Shown here: in pieces, positions 10,418 to 21,300 of the stretch | Numbering within the stretch: the first letter of the stretch is position 1 | Layout: each line of letters opens with the position of its first letter | Source: Candidatus Latescibacterota bacterium | GTDB taxonomy: Bacteria > Latescibacterota > UBA2968 > UBA8231 | Direction of reading: 5' to 3' | Length of the DNA stretch: 64,000 nt | Assembly: GCA_965248355.1 (NCBI GenBank) | Contig: OZ252098.1 | Location: 1,664,001 to 1,728,000 of the forward strand | Position numbers and translations under genes: made by a program | Notes under the pieces: generated by a model | The model's database searches: none | Told to the model about the DNA's origin: nothing | The model's input: the letters and a program-made list of their open reading frames with translations, nothing else

Positions 10418-13400
10418 TCAGCGCGGCAGGACGGCGATCCGCAGGCGGCGCACCCGGCCCTCGTGCTCGACGCGCACGAGGTAGATCCCGGCGGCCACAG
10501 GGGCGCCGGCGCGGTTGTGGCCGGTCCACGACAGCCCTCCGTCGCCATCGTCCTCCCGGCCGCTCCAGACCAGCTCCCCGGCGACCGTGAAGACCTGCAC
10601 CTCGGCTTCTCCGGGCAGACCGGCGAGGGTCAGCTCCGCGCCGGCGGGGTCGAAGGGATTGGGATACGCCCAGACCTCCTCCAGCCGGTGGACCTCCAGG
10701 CGGACCAGGGTCCGCACCCGCAACGGCCGGCCGAGACCGTCCCGCAGCCCCCAGACCTCGACCTCGTAGGGGCGGCCCCGGGGTCTCAGGGGCGTGGCCT
10801 GGGGCAGCACCAGCCACACCGTGCGATCGTCCTCCCCGGGATCGATTCTCTCGACGAGGATGCGCCCCCCGTCGACGACGGCCTCGGCCCCCCGGACCTC
10901 CGAGAGGGCGCGGTCGAAGCGGAGCTGGATCCTCGAAGGCTCGGAGAGGATCGCCTCCTGCAGCCGGGCCGGTGGGGGGACCGGCTCCAGGCGCAGGGAG
11001 ACCGTCCTCGAGCCCCGGAGGCCCACGAGGCCCCCACGGGCCGAACGCACCCCCGTGGCCTCCAGGATCACGGTGCCGGTGTCGGGCAGGGCCCGGTCGA
11101 AGGAGAGCAGCAGCCGCCGTCCACCCTGGTCGAGCAGACCGTTCCGCGGCCTGGCCACTTCGGGGATCAGCCGCCACCGGTGGGACTGGGACGCCTCCGG
11201 AGCCATGGGCTGGTCGAAATGGACCGCCAGCAGCCGGGGGTCGCTGCGCAGGACGTCGAGGATGACCGGACCCTCCCCGGGTTTCACGACCTGAACCTGG
11301 GAGCTCTCGCCTCGCCGGCCCTCCGCGTCGATGGCCGCGACCCGGTAGCCGTAGCTCCCTCCGGGGACCAGTCCGGAATCGACGCGCGCGTAGCGCAGCC
11401 CCAGGCCGGCCTCCACCCTGACCACCACCGAGTCGTCCCGGTCCACCTCGTACCAGGAGGCCCCGGAGACCGGCTCCCATACCAGCTCGACGCGGTCGCG
11501 CCCCAGGGACCGGACCCTCCACCCCGGCGGTGCGCCCAGCCGGGCGGCGTCCCCCGTCCAGGAGAGACTGCGAATGGCCCCGTCCGGGGCGTTGAAGAAC
11601 AGGTCGATGCGTCCGTCGCCGTCGGCGTCGCCCGTGGCCGGGCGCCAGGTCTCGCCCGCCTCCTCGTGCCACACGACCTCGAAGCCGCCGTCGCCGTCGG
11701 CGCGGAAGACGTAGAGGTGCGGCACCAGCACGGCGATCCATTCCAGCTGCCCGTCCAGGTCGAGGTCCGCCATGGCGATACCGGCTCCCCGGGAGGATCC
11801 GGCCAGCACCTGTCCCTGCCACTCGCGCTGGTACTCGTCGTCGCCGGCGGCCCCGTAGACCGAGAGGCGCCAGCGCCGGCCCTCCAGGTCGAAGGGATCG
11901 CGCCGCAGCCGGCCGCTGACGAACTCGGCTTCCCCGTCCCCGTCGAGGTCGGCGCCGCCCCCCACCAGCCGGCCGTCGACGAACTCCTCCTCCTCCAGGT
12001 CCCGCCAGGACCGGCGGTAGGCGTCGTCCACCCCGGCCTCGAAGACCAGCAGGTCGCCGTCGCTGTCCCCGGTGAGCAGGTCTCCCCTGCCGTCGCCGTC
12101 CAGGTCCGCCGCCACCTGTCTCGTGCCGAGCTCGTTCTCGCCCGGGGTGTCGTTCACGAGGGCCGCGGTCTCGGCGTAGTCGTCGTCGCCCCGGCTCTCG
12201 AAGACCCTGAACAGCTCGGCCGTGGCCGAGCGCAGGAACATCTCCGGCCGGCCGTCGGCGTCGGCGTCGAGGACCTCCCCGCCCCAGGCGTCGCGGACCG
12301 CCCAGGCCCTGCGCTCCGGGTACAGGCCGGGGGCCTGCTGCTCGAACAGACGGACCCGGCGGGCGTCCACGGCCATGAGCTCCAGGCGGCCGTCGGCGTC
12401 GAGATCGTGACGGCCCCACGGGATGAACCAGCTCGAGGTGGAGTGCGCGGGCTCCGTCTCCCCCCATTCGAAGAAGGCGCTGGGGGCGTAGGTCCCGTCG
12501 TCTCCGTGGACCATGGCCACCACCTCCCGGCGGCCGTCCCCGTCGAAGTCGGAGAGCTCCGGCATCAGGTAGCCGCCGGGCAGGGACGGACCGGAGCGCG
12601 GATTCGACCGGTCCACCGCGCCGGGCCGCACGATCAGGCTGTCGCGGACCTGCACGCCCTCCCCATCGGTGAAGATCCGCACCTCGTAGGCCCCGGGCGG
12701 CACGTCGGAGGGAAGCAAGAGGACCTGATCGACCCGGCCGGACGGGGCCGGCAGCCCCAGGACGCGGCCGCCGGCGGAGGTCAGCTCCAGCCTTCCCGCC
12801 GACGGCCGGTCGGTCTTCCAGGAGACCAGGTCCCTCCACCGGGGGCCCTGCAGAGCGCGCCCGACGGACCAGCCGAGGACACGGGCGCCCTCCGGCGCCA
12901 GCCGCACGGCCACCCGGCGCGAGTGCGCCCGCGGCCCCTCCCGAACCGTGGCTCGCAGCGAGTAGACCCCGGGGGGCAGGTCCGCCGTCGGCCAGAGCAC
13001 CGCCGAATCGGCGGGGCCCTGCCAGGTCAGGGCCTCCACCCTGTGCCAGCGGCCCGGGCTTTCCCCGTCCCCCCAGTCCAGGATCAGCTCCAGGCCGGCG
13101 GCCCCCGTCACCTCCAGCTCCACCTCGAAGGCGGGGGGCCGGATCCGCTGCTGCGCCGTGGGGGCCCGGAAGGCGACGGCCAGGGGCGGCTCGGTCTGGG
13201 CGGAGGGGATCTGCAGCAGGCCGTGGCCGGTGGCCGCGTCCCATCCGGGGACCGGGCCCGCGTCCCGGGCGGATGCGGCGAGGACGCCGAGGACCTGCAG
13301 CGGCGTGTACCCGGGGTGGCGGGCCAGCACCAGGGCCGCGGCGCCCGCCACGTGGGGGGCCGCCATGGAGGTGCCGGACTGGGCGCCGTACCCGCCGCCG

Positions 13401-14581
13401 GGCCGGGTGCTGTGAATGGCCACCCCCGGGGCCGCCAGATCGATGCTCGGCCCGAAGTTCGAGAACGGCGCGGCGCGGCCGTCGCGCTGGACCGCGGCGA
13501 CCGCGATCGCGCCCGGCAGGCGCGCCGGATAGAAGACCTCGGAGGAACCTTCGTTGCCGGCGGCGGCCACGACCACCAGGCCGCGGGCCAGGGCGAAGCG
13601 GACGGCGTCGTCGATGAGGGGCGAGTAGACCGGATCGCCCAGACTCAGGTTCACCACGTCGGCCCCGTTCCGGGCCGCGTAGACCACCGCCGCGGCGACG
13701 TCGTCGTCCTGCAGGTAGCCGGCGCCGCCGATGACGAGTCCCGCTCTCAGCGGCATCACCCGGACCCCGGGAGCCACCCCGGCGATGCCCTCCCCGTTGC
13801 CGGCCGCGGCGGCGGCGACCCCGGCCACCTGGGTTCCGTGGCCGGAATCGTCGTCCGGGTCGGCATCGCGTTCGAGGTAGTCCCCGGTCCCCGGCAGGCC
13901 CGGCGCGTCGGTGAAGTCCCAGCCGGCCACGTCGTCCACGTAGCCGTTGCCGTCGTCGTCGATCCCCGGTTGGCCCAGGGCCTCGGCGGGGTTCCGCCAG
14001 ATCTGGTCGCGCAGGTCGGGGTGGGCGGCGTCGATGCCCGAGTCGACGACGGCGATCAGCACCCCCTCGGCCGAGCCCGGGTCGCGAGACCGCCAGCCCA
14101 CGGCCTCCAGCCCCCACTGCTCGTCGAGGAGCGGGTCGTCGGTGCCGAAGTCGGCGGTGCGCCGCAGGTAGTTGGGCTGCGCCGCCTCGACGGCGGAGGT
14201 CCGGGCGTAGCGCTCGGCCAGCTCGAGGGCCGGGATTCCGCCGTCGAAGCGCAGCACCGACCATCGGCCGAGGGCCGCCGCCTCCGGCTCGGGGGCGGCC
14301 CTGCGCCCCGCCGCCGGGCGAAACGGCAGCAGCGGCGTCTCCGAGCGCAGGCCGAGGGCCTCGTTGAGGGAATCGAGCTCCGCCAGCCGGCCGGGAGAGA
14401 GGGGCCGCGCCGCGGAGGCCCGCCACCGGACCAGCACCTCGCCGGGCGTGACCTGCCCGGCCGGCGAGGTCCGGGGGTGGCAGAGCAGGCACAGCGCGAG
14501 GATCACGGCGCCCGGAGCCGCGTACCGGACCGGGTGGCCGCGCCCCTTCGGGAGATCGCCTCGACGGCGGGGCCGGATCAT
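10418..14581 (-). CDS. Secreted S8 (subtilisin-family) serine peptidase with FG-GAP-like repeats, FN3/Ig domains and a FlgD/T9SS-type C-terminal domain
   Basis: Signal peptide. Catalytic triad motifs VVDSGID, GHGTQVAG and SGTSMAAPHVAG. Repeated D-x-D-G-D-G motifs. C-terminal YPNPF...WTGHNRAGAPVAAGIYLV. Confidence 0.88.
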   Translation of the reverse strand: MIRPRRRGDLPKGRGHPVRYAAPGAVILALCLLCHPRTSPAGQVTPGEVLVRWRASAARPLSPGRLAELDSLNEALGLRSETPLLPFRPAAGRRAAPEPEAAALGRWSVLRFDGGIPALELAERYARTSAVEAAQPNYLRRTADFGTDDPLLDEQWGLEAVGWRSRDPGSAEGVLIAVVDSGIDAAHPDLRDQIWRNPAEALGQPGIDDDGNGYVDDVAGWDFTDAPGLPGTGDYLERDADPDDDSGHGTQVAGVAAAAAGNGEGIAGVAPGVRVMPLRAGLVIGGAGYLQDDDVAAAVVYAARNGADVVNLSLGDPVYSPLIDDAVRFALARGLVVVAAAGNEGSSEVFYPARLPGAIAVAAVQRDGRAAPFSNFGPSIDLAAPGVAIHSTRPGGGYGAQSGTSMAAPHVAGAAALVLARHPGYTPLQVLGVLAASARDAGPVPGWDAATGHGLLQIPSAQTEPPLAVAFRAPTAQQRIRPPAFEVELEVTGAAGLELILDWGDGESPGRWHRVEALTWQGPADSAVLWPTADLPPGVYSLRATVREGPRAHSRRVAVRLAPEGARVLGWSVGRALQGPRWRDLVSWKTDRPSAGRLELTSAGGRVLGLPAPSGRVDQVLLLPSDVPPGAYEVRIFTDGEGVQVRDSLIVRPGAVDRSNPRSGPSLPGGYLMPELSDFDGDGRREVVAMVHGDDGTYAPSAFFEWGETEPAHSTSSWFIPWGRHDLDADGRLELMAVDARRVRLFEQQAPGLYPERRAWAVRDAWGGEVLDADADGRPEMFLRSATAELFRVFESRGDDDYAETAALVNDTPGENELGTRQVAADLDGDGRGDLLTGDSDGDLLVFEAGVDDAYRRSWRDLEEEEFVDGRLVGGGADLDGDGEAEFVSGRLRRDPFDLEGRRWRLSVYGAAGDDEYQREWQGQVLAGSSRGAGIAMADLDLDGQLEWIAVLVPHLYVFRADGDGGFEVVWHEEAGETWRPATGDADGDGRIDLFFNAPDGAIRSLSWTGDAARLGAPPGWRVRSLGRDRVELVWEPVSGASWYEVDRDDSVVVRVEAGLGLRYARVDSGLVPGGSYGYRVAAIDAEGRRGESSQVQVVKPGEGPVILDVLRSDPRLLAVHFDQPMAPEASQSHRWRLIPEVARPRNGLLDQGGRRLLLSFDRALPDTGTVILEATGVRSARGGLVGLRGSRTVSLRLEPVPPPARLQEAILSEPSRIQLRFDRALSEVRGAEAVVDGGRILVERIDPGEDDRTVWLVLPQATPLRPRGRPYEVEVWGLRDGLGRPLRVRTLVRLEVHRLEEVWAYPNPFDPAGAELTLAGLPGEAEVQVFTVAGELVWSGREDDGDGGLSWTGHNRAGAPVAAGIYLVRVEHEGRVRRLRIAVLPR

Positions 14582-14609
14582 CGGGAGGCGGCCAGAGCCG
14601 GACGGGCTC

Positions 14610-15149
14610 CTAGCCGATGAGCTGGAGGAACTCGGACCGGGTCTGGCTGCTGTTGCGGAAGGCGCCGAGCATGCACGAGGTCGTCATCCGGCAGTTCTGC
14701 TTCTCCACTCCGCGCATCATCATGCACAGGTGCCGGGCCTCGATCACGACGCCGACTCCGCGAGGCTCGACCAGCTCCTTGATCGACTCGGCGATCTGCG
14801 CCGTCAGGTTCTCCTGGATCTGCAGGCGGCGGGCGAAGAGATCGACGATGCGGGCCACCTTGGACAGCCCCATGATCCGGCCCCGGGGCAGGTACCCCAC
14901 GTGGCAGCGGCCGAGGAAAGGCAGCAGGTGGTGCTCGCACAGGGAATAGACCTCGATGTCGCGGACGATGACCATCTCGTCATTGCGGCTCTCGTAGATC
15001 GCCGACCCGACGACCTCGGCCGGAGTCCGGCCGTAGCCGCTGGTCAGGAACTCGAAGGCCCGGGCCGCCCGGCGGGGGGTCCCGGCGAGTCCTTCGCGAT
15101 CGGGGTCCTCCCCGACCCCTTCGATCAACCGCCGGTAGAGTTCCTCCAT
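14610..15149 (-). CDS. folE: GTP cyclohydrolase I
   Basis: Motifs [24 protein letters not shown] and [17 protein letters not shown] before the ATG at 15149. Confidence 0.95.
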   Translation of the reverse strand: MEELYRRLIEGVGEDPDREGLAGTPRRAARAFEFLTSGYGRTPAEVVGSAIYESRNDEMVIVRDIEVYSLCEHHLLPFLGRCHVGYLPRGRIMGLSKVARIVDLFARRLQIQENLTAQIAESIKELVEPRGVGVVIEARHLCMMMRGVEKQNCRMTTSCMLGAFRNSSQTRSEFLQLIG

Positions 15150-15274
15150 CTCCTCTTTCCACTGCAACGCCGGGAGAGACGCCGCGTTGACCGGTCCTGC
15201 GGCGGGCGTATCTTCGCTGGCAAGCGGCGCCCGCTGGGCGGCCACCACACGCATCGCGACATGGAGCTCGGTCA

Positions 15275-15607
15275 ATGACAACAATCGATCTGACGGCCAG
15301 GACCTGCAAGCCCTGCGAGGGCGGGGTCCCGCCGATGACGACCCGGGAGATCGAGGCCATGCTGCCCGAGGTGGAGGGCTGGTCCCTGTCCGAGGGGCAC
15401 CTGCAGCGCAGCTTCGGCTTCGGCAACTACTACCAGACCATCTCCTTCGTGAATGCCGTGGCCTGGGTGGCCAACCAGGAGAACCACCACCCGGTGATGG
15501 ACGTGGGCTTCCGCGAGTGCACGGTGAAGTTCTGGACCCACGCCATCGACGGGCTCTCCGAGAACGACTTCATCTGCGCCGCCAAGATCAACCGCCTGGC
15601 GGGCTGA
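15275..15607 (+). CDS. phhB: Pterin-4a-carbinolamine dehydratase
   Basis: N-terminal CxPC..G..P; motifs ENHHP and [19 protein letters not shown]. Confidence 0.9.
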   Translation: MTTIDLTARTCKPCEGGVPPMTTREIEAMLPEVEGWSLSEGHLQRSFGFGNYYQTISFVNAVAWVANQENHHPVMDVGFRECTVKFWTHAIDGLSENDFICAAKINRLAG

Positions 15608-15630
15608 GGCCGCCCCGCCAATCCCTCGGC

Positions 15631-16317
15631 TTGCTGCTCTCCGAGATCTTCACCAGCCTCCAGGGGGAGGGCCGCTACGCCGGCCATCCCAGCCTGTTCG
15701 TGCGCACCTCGGGCTGCAACCTGCGCTGCGCCTGGTGCGACACGCCGCACACCTCCTGGCACAGCGACGGCCGGTCCGTGGACGTGGAGCGCATCCTCGC
15801 CGACACGCGGGAATGGCGCGACGTGCGGCACGCCGTCGTCACCGGGGGCGAGCCCATGCTGCAGCCCGACCTTCCCCGGCTCGTGGACGGCCTGAGCGAG
15901 CGGGGTCACCTGGTCACCATCGAGACCGCGGCGACCCGCTTCGTCGAGGGTCTGCGCCCCCACCTGTTCAGCCTGTCGCCGAAGCTGGCCAACAGCCGGC
16001 CCGGTCCGGAGCACCCCGGGGAGCGGCGCCTCCACGAGGGCAACAACCGCCACGACCTGATCCCCCGGTTCCTCGACGCCGGGTGCGAGGTGCAGGTGAA
16101 GTTCGTCGTCCAGGGGGCCGAGGACCTGCCGGAGATCCTCGAGCAGGTCGAGCGCTGGCGGGTCCCGCGCAACCTCGTCTACCTGATGCCCGAGGGCGTC
16201 ACCCGCGAGGTCCTTCTCGAGCGCGGCCCGGTGGTGGCCGACATCTGCCGCGCCGAGGGCTTCCGGTTCACGGGCCGCATGCACATCGAGCTCTGGGGCA
16301 ACGCCCGGGGAACGTGA
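15631..16317 (+). CDS. queE: 7-carboxy-7-deazaguanine synthase (radical SAM)
   Basis: Motifs EIFTSLQGEG, GCNLRCAWCDT, TGGEP and SLSPK. TTG start assumed. Confidence 0.9.
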   Translation: MLLSEIFTSLQGEGRYAGHPSLFVRTSGCNLRCAWCDTPHTSWHSDGRSVDVERILADTREWRDVRHAVVTGGEPMLQPDLPRLVDGLSERGHLVTIETAATRFVEGLRPHLFSLSPKLANSRPGPEHPGERRLHEGNNRHDLIPRFLDAGCEVQVKFVVQGAEDLPEILEQVERWRVPRNLVYLMPEGVTREVLLERGPVVADICRAEGFRFTGRMHIELWGNARGT

Positions 16318-16387
16318 CCCGGGCCGCAGGCCTCCCCCCGGGGCCGGGTCGCACCTGGCCGCCGCAGCGCCTTTCTTTCTCATCCTC

Positions 16388-17539
16388 ATGACCACTCCGC
16401 CCTACGGCGTCCTGCTCGTCAGCTTCAGCCGCCACAGCCACCAAGGCAGCTTCGTCCCCCTGTACCAGTCCCATCCGCGGACGCGGATCGTCGCCGTCGC
16501 CGACGAGGACGGCGAGATCGACGAGGCCCTGCGGCAGCTCAACCGCCGCTGGGCGCGGGACCTCGGCGTTCCCTACCTGCCGAAGGTCGAGGACGGCCTC
16601 CGGCGGGACGACGTCGACATCGTCAGCATCGCCCACGAGATCGAGCGCCGGGCGGACCTGGCCGTGCGCGCCGCGAGGGCCGGCAAGCATCTCTGGATCG
16701 ACAAGTTCATGGGCGCCACCATCGACGAGTGCGACGCCGTGGTCGGTGCCGTGGCCGACTCGGGGGTGCGCGCCATCGTGCCCAGCTTCCACTACGGCTC
16801 CCTCGTGCGCCACGCCCTCGAGGCCCTGCGGCGCGATCCCATCGGCGAGCTCCTCGGCGTCCACGTGGACGCCATGTTCTCCAAGGGATGGCCCCGGCCG
16901 ATCGCCGAAGAGGACCGCCGCCCCTTCCGCCCGGCGGGACGCTGGAAGTTCGACCAGGTCAAGCGCGAGCTGCTCACCGTCGGCTCCTACGCCGTCGGCC
17001 TCGTGCAGGCCTGTCTCGACCAGCCCGTGGCCCGGGTCGTCGGGCACGGGGGCGCCTTCTTCTTCCCCGAGCACGCCCGCACCGGCACCGAGGACTTCGG
17101 CACCCTCACCATGAGCGATGCCGCCGGCCGCACGGCCACGATCTGCGGCGGCCGCATCGGCGTGGCCACCCATCCCGCCGGGGGCCCTTCGCGGGCCTTC
17201 CTCGTCGGCTCCCGGGGCACGCTCACCATCGACGCCAAGAGGCCCGCGGCCCAGGTCTTCCTGCGCCCCGAGATCGTGGAGGCCGGCTACGAGCCGGACC
17301 CCGATGACTGGATGCAATGGGCCAGCGGTCCCCCCCTCCTGAACCCTTCCCTTGACGCCGATCCGGCCGGTCTGGCCGCCGGCCTGGAGGACCTGGTGAG
17401 CGCCCTCGACGAGGATCGGGATCCGTCCTGCCCCGTGGCCCGGGCCCGCGACAACATGGAGATCCTGCTGGCCGGGTACCAGTCGATCTCCGAGGACGGC
17501 ACCGTCGTCGACCTGCCGCTGAAGAGGGGAACGGCCTGA
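16388..17539 (+). CDS. Gfo/Idh/MocA-family oxidoreductase (divergent; DKF in place of EKP)
   Basis: Motifs DDVDIVSIA and AARAGKHLWIDKF; C-terminal ARDNMEILLAGYQS. Confidence 0.75.
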   Translation: MTTPPYGVLLVSFSRHSHQGSFVPLYQSHPRTRIVAVADEDGEIDEALRQLNRRWARDLGVPYLPKVEDGLRRDDVDIVSIAHEIERRADLAVRAARAGKHLWIDKFMGATIDECDAVVGAVADSGVRAIVPSFHYGSLVRHALEALRRDPIGELLGVHVDAMFSKGWPRPIAEEDRRPFRPAGRWKFDQVKRELLTVGSYAVGLVQACLDQPVARVVGHGGAFFFPEHARTGTEDFGTLTMSDAAGRTATICGGRIGVATHPAGGPSRAFLVGSRGTLTIDAKRPAAQVFLRPEIVEAGYEPDPDDWMQWASGPPLLNPSLDADPAGLAAGLEDLVSALDEDRDPSCPVARARDNMEILLAGYQSISEDGTVVDLPLKRGTA

Positions 17540-18378
17540 TGGCGGACGGGCTCGTCGTCGTCTGCGGCCCCGACCGGGCGCCGGCCCTGGAGTCGATCGC
17601 CGATAGTCACGGGCTGGCCGGATGGGTCCGCGTCGGCCGCCCCGTGCGCGCCGCGATCGAGGCGCCCCGATTCGGCTCCCTGGAGGAAGGGCTGGACCAG
17701 GCCTCGGCCGTGGCCATGCTGTCGCCCTACCGCGGTCTGGCCGGCGACCTCGAGCGCTGCCGGCGGCGGGGAATCCCGGTCCTGCTGGCGGGTCCTGCCA
17801 GCGCCCGGTCCGACGACCCGGAGTACGCGCCGGGACGCTGGCGCCACTCGGAGACCTGGACCGGCGTGGACGGACTGAGGAGGCGCCCCGCCTTCGGCCG
17901 CCCCGTGTATCTTCGCCAGGTCACGGGCGGCGGGGCCGCCGGCCTGCCGGGCGCCTGGTGGGCCCTGCTCGAGGCCGTGGAGTGCGCCCTGGATCTGCTC
18001 GACGGCCCCATGGCCCGGCTATGGGTCGGAGCCGTGACACGCAACCGACGCTGGCACGCCACGGCCACCCTCGTGGCCAACGCCGGCGCCTCGGCCCAGC
18101 TCGTGGTCGCACCGGCGCCCGATCCGGGAGAGGATCTCATGCTCCTGAGCACGGGAGGTCTGGCCCACGTCGACGCTGCCAGCGCCGCCGCTGTACGGCG
18201 CGACGCCGGGGGCGGGAGCCGCCTGCCGATCCCCCGGGCCTGGCCCGACGCCCGGTGGATCACCGCCGGCCTCGCGGGCGAGCGCCACCCGTCGATCGAT
18301 CGACGCACCCGGGCGGCCCTGCACGCCGCCTTGGGCCGCGCCGCCCGCAGCCGGACCCTGGAACGGGTCAGGCTCTGA
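17539..18378 (+). CDS. Hypothetical protein, degenerate Gfo/Idh/MocA-like
   Basis: Coupled to the upstream gene (TGATG). Segments GIPVLLAGP and FGRPVYLR recall the family fold. Confidence 0.5.
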   Translation: MADGLVVVCGPDRAPALESIADSHGLAGWVRVGRPVRAAIEAPRFGSLEEGLDQASAVAMLSPYRGLAGDLERCRRRGIPVLLAGPASARSDDPEYAPGRWRHSETWTGVDGLRRRPAFGRPVYLRQVTGGGAAGLPGAWWALLEAVECALDLLDGPMARLWVGAVTRNRRWHATATLVANAGASAQLVVAPAPDPGEDLMLLSTGGLAHVDAASAAAVRRDAGGGSRLPIPRAWPDARWITAGLAGERHPSIDRRTRAALHAALGRAARSRTLERVRL

Positions 18379-21300
18379 CCTTCGCCAGCTCCTCGAGCTC
18401 GGCCCGCACCTGATCCCGCACCTGGCGCGCCGACGCCTCCTTGACATGCTCGAAGCCGCGGATGCGCTCCGGCGCCGCGGCGATGCCCAGGATCGCGTCC
18501 AGGCCGGCGCCGCGCTCGAGGGACTCCAGCAGCTCCTCCAGAACCCCCTCGTACCAGGGGATCAGCTCGCGCTCGAGGCGCCGGCACGGAGTGCGCCGGA
18601 AGGGGTCGAGGGCCGTGCCCCGCAGTCCCCGGAAGCGGTAGAGCAGGCCCATCAGCGGCCGGATCCACGGGCCGAGGCGGATCTTCCCGAGACCGAAGGG
18701 GCGCAGCGTCGGCGGATGCAGCTTGTGAGAGACGCGCACGGGACCATCGAACAAGGCCTCGATCCGCCGTGAGCTCTCCCCCTCCGAGATCAGCCGGGCG
18801 ACCTCGTACTCGTCCTTGTAGGTCATGAGCCGGTGCAGGCTCCTGGCCACCGACAGGGTCAGCCTCTCGCCCGGGCCCGCTGCCTCCGCGGCTCTCTCGG
18901 CGTCGCGCACGCGCTCCAGGACCCTGACGTAGCGGCCGGCCCAGGCGCTGTCCTGCCAGTCCACGAGGTGGGCGATGCGATGGCTCACCACGCGCTCCCC
19001 TTCGGCGGACAGCTCGAGGGACCGCAGGGCTCTCTCGTGCTCGGCCAGGCCCTCGCGGTCGGCGGCCAGCCGCGCCCGGCTGCGCTCGACCACGGAGGCC
19101 GCGTCGGGGCGGGGGCTGCCGACCGCCGCGTGCACCCGGGACGGGTCGGCCACGGCCAGCCGGCCCCAGCGGAAGGCCCGCAGGTTGTCCTCCACCGCCT
19201 TGCCGTTCAGCCGGATCACCGCCTCCAGCGACCGCGCGCTCAGAGGCAGCTGCCCGGACTGGCAGGCGACGCCGAGGAGGATGACGTTGGCGAACAGGAT
19301 ATCGCCGAAGAGTCCCTCGGCCAGCCAGTACGTGTCCACGTAGAGGTTGTCGTCCTTGCGGCTGCAGGCGTCGATCGTCTCCGCGAGGCGGTCGGGATCG
19401 GGGAAGCGCATCTCCGGATGCCGGTTCAGCTCGGCCGTGGGCAGGCGGGTCGTGCTCACCACGGCCACCGTGCGGCCGGGGTCGGCGTAGCGCAGGTTGG
19501 ACGGCTCGGCCGCTCTCAGCAGGTCGAACCCGATGTACAAGTCGGCGCTGCCCGGCAGCAGGCGGTGGAAGGCCGGCTGCCGGGAGCGGCCCAGCTGGAT
19601 CGGCGCTTCCACGGGCCCCCCCTTCTGCGCCAGGCCCGTGTTGTTGGACAGGTACACGCACAGCCCGTCGAGCAGCGCCGCCCAGGCGATGAGATGGGAG
19701 ACGGTGACCACGCCGGTACCGCCGCGGCCGACGGTGAAGAGGGTGAAGGTTTCCTCCTCCGCCAGCTGCCGCCGCCTCGGCTCGGGGATCTCGTCGAGGA
19801 TCGGCGGACTGCGGCGGGCGAGGCGGGTCCTGCCCTTCGCCTGGACCGTCAGGAAGGAGGGGCACTCGCCGTCGAGGCAGAGCTCGTCCTGCATGCAGCT
19901 GGCCTGCTGCACCTGGGTCTTGTCGCCGAGCTCGGTGTCGACGCTGTAGAGGGCGGCGCAGCCCTCGGACTGGCGCAGGCAGTCGCCGCAGCCCTCGCAG
20001 ATCTCCTCGTCGATGAAGACGTACTCGTCGGGTGCCCCGCCCTGCCGCCGCCGCCGGCGCCCTTTCTCGGTGGCGCACTCCTTGTCGAGGATGATCACCG
20101 TCGTCCCCGGGGCCTGGCGGTAGTGGGCGATCGCCTCGGCCTGCCGTTGCAGGGGAAAGAGGCGCACCCGCCGGTCGCCGGCGACGGTCCCATAGCTGGC
20201 CGTCTGGTCGCCGACGATGCCGACCTCCCGCACGCCGAGGGCGATCAGCTCCCCGGCGACCTCGGCCACCGACCGGGCGCCGCCGGGCTGCTGGCCGCCG
20301 GTGAGCGCCACGGAGCCGTTGAACAGCAGCAGGAAGGTGATGTTCACGTCCCCCTGCACGCAGCTCTGCACGGCGCCCCGGCCGGAGTGGAAGTAGCTGC
20401 CGTCGCCGAGGTACTGGAAGATGTGCCGGTTGTCGTTGAAGACGGCCGTGCCGGAGTAGATCGAGCCGCCGGCGCCCATGGTGGGGATGTAGAGGACCCC
20501 CTCGTCGTAGGCCTCCATGGCGCGGATCGAGCTGCAGCCGATGGCCCCTCCCGGCTTCTCCCCTTCGAGGGCGCGGAAGCTGTTGTACGGGCACCCCCCG
20601 CAGGACATGGGGGCGACCTTCGGCACCTGCGGCAGGCGGCGCTGGCCGATGGACTCGACGTGCCGCAGCGCCGGAGGCGGCGACCTCTGGCCGAGCAGGG
20701 GGGACATGAGGCCGGCCAGGGCCTCCGGGTCGACCTCTCCCCACGAGGGCACGAGGGGCCGGCCCGACCCGTCGCGCTCGCCGAGGACCTCGCGCACCCC
20801 GGTCCCCCACAGGGCGGCCTTGACGCCCTCCTCGACGAAGGGCCCCGGCTCCTCCACCACCAGGACCCGCTCCACCCCGCTCTCGGCGGCGAACCGGCGG
20901 ACGGCCTCCCGGTCCAGCGGCCAGGTGACGGACAACTGCAGGGTCGGCGCCCGGACCCCGAGCAGCTCGAGGGCCTGGGCCACGTCGACGAAGCTCTTGC
21001 CCGTGGCCACGATGCCGAGAGGGCCGCCCGCCTCCGGCCAGTGGGTTCGGTTGAGCTCGTTGAGACGCACGTAGGCCTCGGCCAGGGGCGCCTTGCGCTC
21101 CACCAGCTCCCGCTGCATGGGGAGCGCTCCCAGGGCCATGACGATGGGATGGAAGCGCTTGACGTACCCGGGGTCGGGCAGGCGGGCGTCGAACCGGGCC
21201 GCGTCGCCGCGAACCGTGCTCGCCCCGTCGCAGACCGGGGTGACGAGCTTCAGGGCGGTCACCATGCCGAGCCAGCGGCTCAGGGCGATGGCGTGGGCGC

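Noticed and set aside
10404..14620. Two additional ~1370-aa ORFs overlapping the S8 protease
   Set aside because: Alternative-frame and antisense shadows typical of high-GC DNA; no motifs.
14610..16317. 7-deazaguanine DNA modification (dpd) system or preQ1 riboswitch
   Set aside because: No dpdA/tgt-like or queC gene in the window and no recognisable preQ1 aptamer in the intergenic DNA.
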